Translations under genes and position numbers: made by a program
The notes under the pieces: generated by a model
What the model saw: only the letters and a program-made list of their open reading frames with translations
Told to the model about the DNA's origin: nothing
Databases searched by the model: none
DNA from: a virus
Taxonomy: Duplodnaviria > Caudoviricetes
Direction: 5' to 3' (one strand)
IMG/VR virus record: IMGVR_UViG_3300032330_001293
Span: 1 to 26,655 of that record
Length of the DNA: 26,655 nt
Shown: positions 16,286-24,144 of the stretch, piece by piece
Layout of the letters: each line of letters opens with the position of its first letter
Numbering within the stretch: position 1 is the first letter of the stretch

Positions 16286-16427
16286 CTGTTTCCTCCTTCG
16301 GTTCACTTGTGCCATACGTCACAAGGTTCTCGTACTGACGCCATGCGTCACACACAATGCACCCTTCCTCGTACTCGGAACACTTCGGGCCCCAGTGTCC
16401 TGTCAATGCTTCTTCTACTAAGTTCAT
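16275..16427 (-). CDS. 50-aa Cys-containing peptide
   Basis: MNLVEEALTGHWGPKCSEYEEGCIVCDAWRQYE...; AAGGAG RBS. Confidence 0.7.
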   Translation of the reverse strand: MNLVEEALTGHWGPKCSEYEEGCIVCDAWRQYENLVTYGTSEPKEETDAQ

Positions 16428-16468
16428 CTTCTTTCTCCTTGAGTTGTTGCGGACAGTTTGTCCGCGAG

Positions 16469-17101
16469 TTATGCCCCTTCGGGGCGGTATTTGATTAAGA
16501 GTGGGACGTGTGAGTGTTTAAAGGTTGGAGGGAGGACTGCCCACATCTCACGGGTGCGGTTGAACACCGCAGGACTTATGTAGTCAGCCCACCTTGTGCT
16601 GATAGGTCGGCGCGGTGTGAGCATGAAGCTCATCTCAGCGTGTGTTTTCTCGTGTTTTAGTAGTCCCATGTACTCGTGATAAAAGGTGGCTTTATCTATG
16701 TAGCCCTTACTCTTGGCGTACATCCATGCGTTCCTTGCGCTGACAATCTCCCACTTGATGGGGTCAAGCACATCGGCTAACTCTGCCTTCCATGCCTTGA
16801 GCCATCGCTTGCGGGCAGACATCGCCTGTTTGTTGCGCTCATCTTGGGCTTGCTTTTCTCTGAGGTGTTTGGCCATGAGCGCGTTCATGTCCCCGCTTTG
16901 CACTTTGTTGTGTATCTCCTTGGCACTGAGCTTTGTCGTTGGTTTGCGCTTTGGACGACAGGCTTTGCAGTTCTTGGATTCGAGGGTCATCCGTACATTG
17001 CCCGCTCGACCCCATGCTTTTGACTGCGCATAGGTGGCAAGGTAGGTGAAATGATTGAGAGGGCGCGACTCCCCACATTTAGCGCACGTTTTGATTTGCA
17101 T
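16469..17101 (-). CDS. Basic hypothetical protein with N-terminal Zn finger
   Basis: CAKC...CKAC; AAGGAG RBS. Confidence 0.82.
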   Translation of the reverse strand: MQIKTCAKCGESRPLNHFTYLATYAQSKAWGRAGNVRMTLESKNCKACRPKRKPTTKLSAKEIHNKVQSGDMNALMAKHLREKQAQDERNKQAMSARKRWLKAWKAELADVLDPIKWEIVSARNAWMYAKSKGYIDKATFYHEYMGLLKHEKTHAEMSFMLTPRRPISTRWADYISPAVFNRTREMWAVLPPTFKHSHVPLLIKYRPEGA

Positions 17102-17516
17102 ACTTTCTCCTTACAGTTTGAGGCTAACTGGCCCACTTGTGTCCCGAGCATACCCACCACTCTGCAAGGTGGTCCAAAAAAAGATGACCACCTGAAACCC
17201 GCATGAACACTGGGGTTGACTTGCATTTGACCACAATACCCACCATTTTTAAAGAACTATTAGGCAAACTTGAAAACACAGACAAAAAGACACACCCACG
17301 TTCATGTAAATATATATATCTAAATGAAAATTGTATTTATATATATAGGTATTGTGGAAGTGGACATTGTGAACGCTAGTATCCATGCGGGTTACGAGAC
17401 GCCCATGTGTGTGTCCACTTGTGCAGAATGGTGGGTATGTGCGAAAATACAACACTTTTACCTCACTTCTCCACAACGTATTGTGGAGAGATGGATGCGG
17501 ACAGATTGTCCGCGAG
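17102..17516. other. Non-coding origin-like region
   Basis: AT-rich (TA)n core at about 17306-17348 flanked by inverted AACCCGCATG and ATACCCACCA repeats. Confidence 0.45.
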
Positions 17517-17723
17517 TTAGAGGAGGCGGAGTTGTTTGGATTGGCGCTTGATGGATTCCCACTCGTCCATGCCTTCGAGCGCACGTTGCTCACGTAGCTT
17601 TGCCTTGTGCGCCATGAGTGCTTTGTGGTTGCGCTTGCCAAGCTCGACCATCTCCACGTATTGTTGGCGCAGTTCACGCATCTGTGACAGGGCATAGTGT
17701 TTGTTCTTTGAGGATTTGCTCAT
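17517..17723 (-). CDS. Hypothetical basic helical protein
   Basis: AAGGAG RBS. Confidence 0.75.
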   Translation of the reverse strand: MSKSSKNKHYALSQMRELRQQYVEMVELGKRNHKALMAHKAKLREQRALEGMDEWESIKRQSKQLRLL

Positions 17724-17735
17724 GATGAATACTCC

Positions 17736-17903
17736 TTAGTTGGTTGATGTGCCGAACTGTGCTTGATGCCAGTCTTTGGCTTGTTGGTATTTGTCGAAAG
17801 CACGCAAGAAGTCCTCTTGAGTGCTGTGCTCTGCGTCTTCGCACAGTATGAGGTCACGCTCGCAGAGTGCGATGTGATCGAGGGATTGTTTGTATGTCAG
17901 CAT
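17736..17903 (-). CDS. 55-aa hypothetical protein
   Basis: Manual translation MLTYKQSLDHIALCERDLILCEDAEHST...; GGAGG RBS. Confidence 0.7.
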   Translation of the reverse strand: MLTYKQSLDHIALCERDLILCEDAEHSTQEDFLRAFDKYQQAKDWHQAQFGTSTN

Positions 17904-17925
17904 GATTGCCTCCAGTTAGACAAGA

Positions 17926-17955
17926 AATGAAACAGCGGGCAAGCCTCGCCCGCTG
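17926..17955 (-). terminator. Possible weak intrinsic terminator
   Basis: CAGCGGGC/GCCCGCTG 8-bp stem (17933-17955) followed on the minus strand by TTTCATTT. Confidence 0.5.
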
Positions 17956-17991
17956 ACCTTACGGAAAAAACTCGCGGACAACTTGTCCGCA

Positions 17992-18363
17992 TCAGATTGA
18001 CTTGAGGAAGCGACGCTTCTCACCTGCGCTCAATGCGCTGTACTTCTTGAGCAACGCATCGACTGGGTCAACCTTGTTGGCAATACGTTTGCCAGACTTC
18101 ACGATGTCTGCGCTTGGGAAGCAGACCTGAAGCACTCGGTTCATCGCACGCTCTGCGGCTGAATCACGAGGGAGAGTTGCGCCACGCTGACCTTGCTTGA
18201 TAGCAACGCCATGCTTCTTGGCCGCCCATTCCATAGCAAGTGGACGTGCGTCAGCACGAGAGCCAATGCCAAGAGCAAGCAGACGCTCTGCAAAACTGGC
18301 GGACGATTTGTCCGCATCATTGAACACAGCGAACACGGCAACACGATTGAATGACTTAGTCAT
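17992..18363 (-). CDS. First gene of the leftward (early) arm, hypothetical
   Basis: GGAG RBS; downstream of a TATAAT promoter. Confidence 0.82.
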   Translation of the reverse strand: MTKSFNRVAVFAVFNDADKSSASFAERLLALGIGSRADARPLAMEWAAKKHGVAIKQGQRGATLPRDSAAERAMNRVLQVCFPSADIVKSGKRIANKVDPVDALLKKYSALSAGEKRRFLKSI

Positions 18364-18375
18364 GATTAAAGCTCC

Positions 18376-18404
18376 AAATAAAAAGCCTCGCTAATCGGCG
18401 AGGC
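18376..18404 (-). terminator. Leader hairpin plus U-tract upstream of the first early gene
   Basis: GCCTCGC/GCGAGGC stem (18385-18404) followed on the minus strand by TTTTTATTT. Confidence 0.55.
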
Positions 18405-18440
18405 AAACGAATCGAATGAGTTCCCCCAATCGACACATCT

Positions 18441-18451
18441 ATTATACCACA
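18441..18451 (-). promoter_or_regulatory. Extended -10 sigma70-type promoter for the leftward arm
   Basis: Minus-strand TGTGgTATAAT. Confidence 0.6.
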
Positions 18452-18602
18452 GCGTGTTGCCAAATACCCTTGACAGCCCAAAATGGCTGTGGCCTGAACC
18501 CCACCATACCCCCACCACCCCATATTGACGGCTAGGCTCTCCTCGTGGTGTGAACACTATTTCGTAACCGCAAATCAAATTTTAAAAAATCCGAGGAACA
18601 TA

Positions 18603-18620
18603 TACTGTATAAATACACAG
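18603..18620. promoter_or_regulatory. LexA (SOS) box
   Basis: TACTGTATAAATACACAG = CTGT-N8-ACAG with AT-rich spacer, intergenic. Confidence 0.7.
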
Positions 18621-18709
18621 CCCCACCCCCTCGATTGGATACTTAAATTCCTGCACTGGATACTTAAGCCGCCAAAAATTTTATAAAAATTTGGAAAAAC
18701 CTCGTGGCG

Positions 18710-18739
18710 AAAAAAAGCCCCGGAGGATTAGACCGGGGC
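18710..18739 (-). terminator. Intrinsic terminator (minus strand)
   Basis: GCCCCGG/CCGGGGC stem followed on the minus strand by T7. Confidence 0.65.
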
Positions 18740-18789
18740 GAAGAGGCAATGCAAACTCACCTCAAGGAGAAGCAATGATGAACAAAGTG

Positions 18790-18819
18790 TTGCACCAGTG
18801 CCGAAAAGGAGTGTACACT
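18790..18819 (+). promoter_or_regulatory. Possible promoter for the packaging/structural arm
   Basis: TTGCAC-N18-TACACT, about 40 nt upstream of the TerS start. Confidence 0.4.
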
Positions 18820-18857
18820 CCCGCCAACGAGGATGCAACCGAAAAGGACTCCTGCGC

Positions 18858-19484
18858 ATGTTAGATCACTTGGTGCATTTTGAACCCGAAGTCACCGCTC
18901 GGGATGGGTTTGTAAAATTGGACGACGCGTCGCCCGAGGATTTGCTGTCCGCGCAAGTAGCCACAGAGCAGTGGTTAGCTGAGCTGGGTGTGGACGATGA
19001 CGAGACTGTTGCGAACCAGCAACAGACACAAGCTGCGCGTAAAGCATTCAACACCGTCACAACAAACGCTGACACCACTGAACAAAAGGCCAGTCTTGCG
19101 GAACTGAAAACGCCTGCGGCAGTACGTCACCTGACGGGCATGTTGGCTGCCTATGACTGGCAGTTCATCGACATGGCGCAGCAACTGCGCGGCTATACGG
19201 TTGCAAAACTGCTCGAAGAAACAAAGTCACCCAACGCCAACATCAGACTCAAAGCGCTCGGACTGCTGGGCAAAGTCACGGAAGTGGGGCTGTTCACTGA
19301 GCAAATCGAGGTTAAGAAAGTCGAGATGACGGACGCTGAAGTTGAGCAGCGCATCAAAGACAAGTTGGCCAAGTTCATGGGAGTGATAGACGTGGTGGAC
19401 GTTTCAGAGCGCCCAGAAGAAAGCCCAGACGAGTCAACCGGTGGGTCGGGCAGCACAAACGAAAGCGAAGATGGACCTCAATAA
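18858..19484 (+). CDS. terS: Putative terminase small subunit
   Basis: Immediately upstream of and overlapping TerL; RLKALGLLGK...GLF motif; AAAGGA RBS before ATG 18858. Confidence 0.7.
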   Translation: MLDHLVHFEPEVTARDGFVKLDDASPEDLLSAQVATEQWLAELGVDDDETVANQQQTQAARKAFNTVTTNADTTEQKASLAELKTPAAVRHLTGMLAAYDWQFIDMAQQLRGYTVAKLLEETKSPNANIRLKALGLLGKVTEVGLFTEQIEVKKVEMTDAEVEQRIKDKLAKFMGVIDVVDVSERPEESPDESTGGSGSTNESEDGPQ

Positions 19485-21012
19485 GTTCACGACGCTGAGC
19501 AAAAGGGAGCTTGAGGCCATCAAGATGGCGCTCCCGCACATGAAGCTGCAGGAAAAGATTGAGCTGCTGGACGATTTGGAACTGCGCGAGCGACGCGCCA
19601 GTCTTACGGCTGCCAAAACCAACATGTTGGGCTTCGCCCAAGCGGTCTATCCCGGGTTTAAGATTGGGCCGCACCACCGTAAACTTGCCAAAATCTTCAC
19701 AGACGTCGTGGAGGGCAAGAAAAAACGGGTCATCATCAACATCGCGCCACGTATGGGTAAGTCTGAGTTCAGCTCTTACCTGTTCCCTGCTTATTTTTTA
19801 GGCAAATACCCCAACAAGAAGATCATCATGGGCACGCACACTGCGGGTCTGTCAGAGGACTTCGGTCGGCGCGTGCGTAACTTGATCGACTCGGAGGAAT
19901 ATCGTGAAGTTTTCCCTCAAACGTTGGTGGCGGACGACCAAAAGGCTGCTGGTAAGTGGTCTACAAGTGCTGGTGGTCAGTACTATGCTGCTGGTGTCGG
20001 CGGCGCTCTTGCTGGTCGCGGTGCTGACCTGTTCGTTATTGATGATCCTCATTCGGAGCAAGACGTTAAAACCAATAGTCGACTGGCTTTTGATACCGCA
20101 TGGTCGTGGTTCCAGACGGGCCCGCTACAACGTCTGATGCCGGGCGGGGCGATCATAGTCATTATGACAAGGTGGTCGCTCTTGGACTTGACGGGGCGCT
20201 TGGTTGAGTACCAAGCGAGGAACCCAGAGGCGGTGCCGTGGGAGATTGTGGAGCTGCCAGCTATCCTGCACGAAGATACAGAGGAAGAGAAGTCGCTTTG
20301 GCCAGAGCAGTGGCCGCTGGCTTCTTTGAAAGCTACGAAAGCTTCGCTTGACCCTCGGTATTGGAACGCGCAGTACATGCAGCAGCCAACATCCGAAAAC
20401 TCTGCCATCGTGAGCCGTAAGATGTGGCGGATCTGGGAGGGCGACGAACCGCCAACGTGTGAATACATCATCCAGTCATGGTATACAGCCTTTGAGACGA
20501 AGAACAATTCCGACTACTCAGCCTGCACAACGTGGGGCATCTTCTACAACGAGGAAGAAAATGACACCCCCCAGCTCATTTTGCTCGACGCCTTCAAAGA
20601 CAGGATGGCGTTTCCCGAGTTAAAAACCGTCGCCCTCAAACACTACAAAGAGTGGGAGCCTGATGCTTTCATTGTGGAGAAAAAGGCCGCGGGTGCGCCG
20701 CTGATTCAGGAGCTTCGCAACATGGGGATCCCCGTGCAGGAGTTCAGCCCGTCGAGGGGGAATGACAAGATGGTGCGTGTCAATGCAGTTGCGGATTTAT
20801 TCAGCAGTGGTAAAGTCTGGGCACCGGACACCCGCTGGGCACGCGAGGTAATTGAAGAGATGGCGGCGTTCCCAGTTGGGGAGCACGACGACTTCGTGGA
20901 TACGACAACACAGGCGCTGCTGCGCTTCAGGCAAGGCGGCTTTATTTCTTTGGATACGGACGAGCAAGACGAACCCCAATTCTTCCGCCGTAAGAAGTAC
21001 GAATACTACTAG
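19471..21012 (+). CDS. terL: Terminase large subunit
   Basis: Walker A APRMGKS, GRGADLFVIDDP (Walker B), MTRW, YMQQP, DYSA, FPVGEHDDFVD. Confidence 0.96.
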   Translation: MDLNKFTTLSKRELEAIKMALPHMKLQEKIELLDDLELRERRASLTAAKTNMLGFAQAVYPGFKIGPHHRKLAKIFTDVVEGKKKRVIINIAPRMGKSEFSSYLFPAYFLGKYPNKKIIMGTHTAGLSEDFGRRVRNLIDSEEYREVFPQTLVADDQKAAGKWSTSAGGQYYAAGVGGALAGRGADLFVIDDPHSEQDVKTNSRLAFDTAWSWFQTGPLQRLMPGGAIIVIMTRWSLLDLTGRLVEYQARNPEAVPWEIVELPAILHEDTEEEKSLWPEQWPLASLKATKASLDPRYWNAQYMQQPTSENSAIVSRKMWRIWEGDEPPTCEYIIQSWYTAFETKNNSDYSACTTWGIFYNEEENDTPQLILLDAFKDRMAFPELKTVALKHYKEWEPDAFIVEKKAAGAPLIQELRNMGIPVQEFSPSRGNDKMVRVNAVADLFSSGKVWAPDTRWAREVIEEMAAFPVGEHDDFVDTTTQALLRFRQGGFISLDTDEQDEPQFFRRKKYEYY

Positions 21013-21020
21013 GAACACAC

Positions 21021-23516
21021 ATGGCAACGAACATCGACAAAGCGCTGTACCAGCAACCGGTTGGCATTGACGCACTGGCAGAGCAGGAGTCACCCCTTGA
21101 GATCGAGATCGTTGATCCCGAAGAAGTCAATATTGGCATGGATGGCCTAGAACTTTCCATCCGCCCCGGCGAGGACACCGAAGAAGGTTTCAGTGACAAC
21201 TTGGCCGAGTACATAGACGATGGTGCCTTGCAGTCACTCGCTGGTGACCTGATGGCGGACATTGACAACGACAAGGGCTCACGCAAAGAGTGGGAGAAGA
21301 CGTATGTTGATGGGTTGAAGCTGTTGGGTCTCCAAATTGAAGAGCGCACAGAACCGTGGCAAGGCGCATGCGGTGTGTTCCACCCCATGATTACTGAAGC
21401 GGTTGTGCGCTTCCAAGCCGAGACAATCACTGAGACGTTCCCTGCGCAGGGCCCTGTGCGTACAAAAATCTTGGGTAAAGAAACGCCTGAGAACAAAGAG
21501 ATCGCGGTCAATGTCGAGGATGACATGAACTACGAGCTGACCGAGAACATGGTCGAGTACCGGGCGGAGCATGAGCGCATGTTGTGGTCGCTGCCTGCTA
21601 CGGGTTCGGCATTTAAGAAGGTCTACTACGACCCATCGCTTGGACGTCAGGTATCTATGTTCGTGCCCGCAGAAGACATCCTGCTCCCATACGGCGCGAC
21701 AGATCTGGACACTTGCCACCGCGTCACGCACGTCATGCGTAAGACAAAGAACGAGGTCGTCAAGCTTCAGCAAGCGGGGTTCTATCTCGACATCGAGCTG
21801 CCCGATGCGCCCAAGGATCGCACTGACATTCAGAAAGCCAAGGACAAAGAGACAGGCTTCAACGACCTGAACGACGACCGCTACGTCATCTATGAGTGCC
21901 ACGTAGATTTGAACCTCGACGGCTACGAGGACATGACGGAAGACGGTGAAGAGACCGGCATCATGTTGCCGTACGTTGTCACCATCATCAAAGGAACGAA
22001 CGACATCCTGTCGATTCGTCGTAACTGGAAGGAAGACGATGAGCTCAGACTCAAGCGCCAGCACTTCGTGCACTACCAATACATTCCCGGCTTCGGCGCA
22101 TATGGTTTTGGACTCTTCCACCTCATCGGTGGTTTTGCCAAGTCCGCCACTAGCCTTATGCGTCAACTGGTTGACGCAGGAACGTTATCTAACCTTCCCG
22201 GTGGCCTCAAGTCAAGGGGACTCCGTATTAAAGGCGATGACACGCCTATCGCCCCCGGTGAGTGGAGAGACGTCGATGTAGCCTCTGGCAACATCCGCGA
22301 TAGCATCCTGCCTCTGCCTTACAAAGAGCCAAGCGCGACGCTGTTCAACTTGATGCAGACCATCGTTGATGAAGGCCGTCGCTTTGCCGCGACTGCTGAC
22401 ATGAAGGTGTCTGACATGTCTGCGCAGGCTCCTGTGGGAACCACACTGGCTCTCTTGGAGCGCCAGCTCAAGGTGATGACGGCTGTTCAGGCCCGCGTGC
22501 ACTTTGCCTTAAAGCAAGAGTTGAAGTTGCTCAAGGACATCATCCGCGACTACACAGACGAGAACTACACATACGATCCAGAGTACGGCTCACGCAAAGC
22601 GAAGAAGGCTGACTATGACAAGGTGGACGTGATCCCCGTGTCAGATCCCAATGCAGCCACTATGTCTCAGCGCGTGATCCAGTACCAAGCTGTGATTCAG
22701 ATGGCGCAGATGGCTCCGGACATCTACAACTTGCCCGAACTGCACCGCGGTATGTTGAACGTCTTGGGCATCAAGAACGCCGAGAAGCTTGTGCCAATCG
22801 AAGAGGACATGAAGCCGATTGACCCAGTGCAAGAGAACCAGAACGCGCTCAAGGGCACACCGCTCAAAGCCTTCTTGCATCAGGATCACGCCTCGCACAT
22901 CCAAGTGCACATGATGTTGTTGCAGGACCCCATGATCCAGCAGTACATCGGCCAGAACCCACAGGCTCAGAAGATCATTGGTGCCATCACAGCGCACGTG
23001 GCTGAGCACGTCGGCTACCAGATGCGTCAGAAGATTGAGCAGCAACTTGGTATGCCCTTGCCTCCCGAAGATGCGAAGTTGCCACCACAGGTGGAGATTG
23101 CGCTGTCGGGCATGATGGCGCAGGCGGCCAATCAAGTTCTCATGCAGGACCAAGCCAAGGCTGCACAGATGCAGGCACAGCAACAAGCACAAGACCCAGT
23201 CTTGCAGATTCAGATGCAGGAGCTTCAGCTCAAGCAGCAAGAACTGGAGTTGAAGAAACAAAAGATCATGATGGACGCTGCGGCTCAAGCCGACAAGCAG
23301 CAGTTGGAAGAACAGAAGGTAAGCGGACGCTTGGAACTCGACTCACTCAAGGTGGGTGCGCAAATCAAAGAAAGCCAAGCAAAAGCCCAATTCGAACAAG
23401 AACGTGCCGGTGTCCAGATGGGCACTGACATCGCAAAGAGTAAGGCTCAGATGGCCCTGCAAGCGCGAACTGCTGCGCTCCAACATAGCAGCAAACAAGG
23501 CAAACCCACTAAATGA
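21021..23516 (+). CDS. Portal protein with Q-rich C-terminal coiled coil (barrel)
   Basis: Follows TerL; PWQGACGVFHP, GSAFKKVYYD, GFGAYGFGL, QLVDAGTLSNLPGG motifs. Confidence 0.92.
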   Translation: MATNIDKALYQQPVGIDALAEQESPLEIEIVDPEEVNIGMDGLELSIRPGEDTEEGFSDNLAEYIDDGALQSLAGDLMADIDNDKGSRKEWEKTYVDGLKLLGLQIEERTEPWQGACGVFHPMITEAVVRFQAETITETFPAQGPVRTKILGKETPENKEIAVNVEDDMNYELTENMVEYRAEHERMLWSLPATGSAFKKVYYDPSLGRQVSMFVPAEDILLPYGATDLDTCHRVTHVMRKTKNEVVKLQQAGFYLDIELPDAPKDRTDIQKAKDKETGFNDLNDDRYVIYECHVDLNLDGYEDMTEDGEETGIMLPYVVTIIKGTNDILSIRRNWKEDDELRLKRQHFVHYQYIPGFGAYGFGLFHLIGGFAKSATSLMRQLVDAGTLSNLPGGLKSRGLRIKGDDTPIAPGEWRDVDVASGNIRDSILPLPYKEPSATLFNLMQTIVDEGRRFAATADMKVSDMSAQAPVGTTLALLERQLKVMTAVQARVHFALKQELKLLKDIIRDYTDENYTYDPEYGSRKAKKADYDKVDVIPVSDPNAATMSQRVIQYQAVIQMAQMAPDIYNLPELHRGMLNVLGIKNAEKLVPIEEDMKPIDPVQENQNALKGTPLKAFLHQDHASHIQVHMMLLQDPMIQQYIGQNPQAQKIIGAITAHVAEHVGYQMRQKIEQQLGMPLPPEDAKLPPQVEIALSGMMAQAANQVLMQDQAKAAQMQAQQQAQDPVLQIQMQELQLKQQELELKKQKIMMDAAAQADKQQLEEQKVSGRLELDSLKVGAQIKESQAKAQFEQERAGVQMGTDIAKSKAQMALQARTAALQHSSKQGKPTK

Positions 23517-23707
23517 TTCAAGACTTCGCACACGTATTGCGCGACCAAATACGTAAAGACATGAACAACTATGCCGACGACTTGGCTGGTGGTATCTGTC
23601 GTTCCTTTGAGGAATACCAAAAACTCTGCGGTGTTATTTCGGGTCTGGCTCTCGCAGAGCGTTACATCCTTGACCTGCTTGAGAAAGTCGAAAAATCAAA
23701 TGAGTGA
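23513..23707 (+). CDS. Small conserved head-module protein
   Basis: Coupled to the portal; LAGG..SFEEYQKLCGVISGL. Confidence 0.8.
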   Translation: MIQDFAHVLRDQIRKDMNNYADDLAGGICRSFEEYQKLCGVISGLALAERYILDLLEKVEKSNE

Positions 23708-24134
23708 ACTCATTCTGCCACCCGGTATTTCGTTGCCGCCCCATATTCAGCCGCTGGACAAACCAGAAGCCGAAGATGACAACGAGACAAAAGCAGGTGC
23801 ACTGCCCACCCCAACAGGTTGGAAGCTGCTCTGCGTCGTGCCTGAAGTCGAACAAAAGATTGCAGGTACAACACTGGATCTCGTGAGAGATACCGCCACA
23901 CTGCGTCAAGAAGAACACGCCACTACGGTGCTGTTTGTATTGCGCGTAGGCCCTGATGCGTACAAAGACACCGCCAAGTTCCCCAACGGAGCATGGTGTA
24001 AAGAAGGCGACTTCGTGCTTGTCCGCACATACTCCGGCACAAGATTCAAGATCTTTGGCAAGGAGTTCCGTCTCATCAACGATGACCAAGTTGATGCTGT
24101 TGTGCTAGACCCTCGCGGCTTGACCCGCGCTTGA
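23700..24134 (+). CDS. groES: GroES-like co-chaperonin
   Basis: PTGWKLL, VLRVGPDAY, CKEGDFVL...YSGT, FRLINDDQVDAVV; probable start at 23700. Confidence 0.88.
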   Translation: MSELILPPGISLPPHIQPLDKPEAEDDNETKAGALPTPTGWKLLCVVPEVEQKIAGTTLDLVRDTATLRQEEHATTVLFVLRVGPDAYKDTAKFPNGAWCKEGDFVLVRTYSGTRFKIFGKEFRLINDDQVDAVVLDPRGLTRA

Positions 24135-24144
24135 AAGGAAGAAC

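Larger units (their letters stand above)
16002..18315. repeat. Five copies of the palindrome GCGGAC-N5-GTCCGC
   Basis: At 16002-16018, 16449-16465, 17497-17513, 17974-17990 and 18299-18315. Four copies share a GAGTT/AACTC flank. Confidence 0.9.

Noticed and set aside
86-17597. Numerous + strand ORFs in the left arm
   Set aside because: They are antisense shadows of well-supported, RBS-bearing, coupled minus-strand genes and show no recognisable motifs.
17249-17695. 148-aa minus ORF and + ORFs across the AT-rich region
   Set aside because: They overlap a better-supported gene in another frame or translate low-complexity TA runs, and lack a good RBS.
16002-18315. Palindromic repeats as a CRISPR array
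   Set aside because: Spacing is irregular (hundreds of bp, containing genes) and the repeats are only 17 bp.
18469-18500. TTGACA on the + strand as a rightward -35
   Set aside because: No plausible -10 at 16-18 bp spacing.
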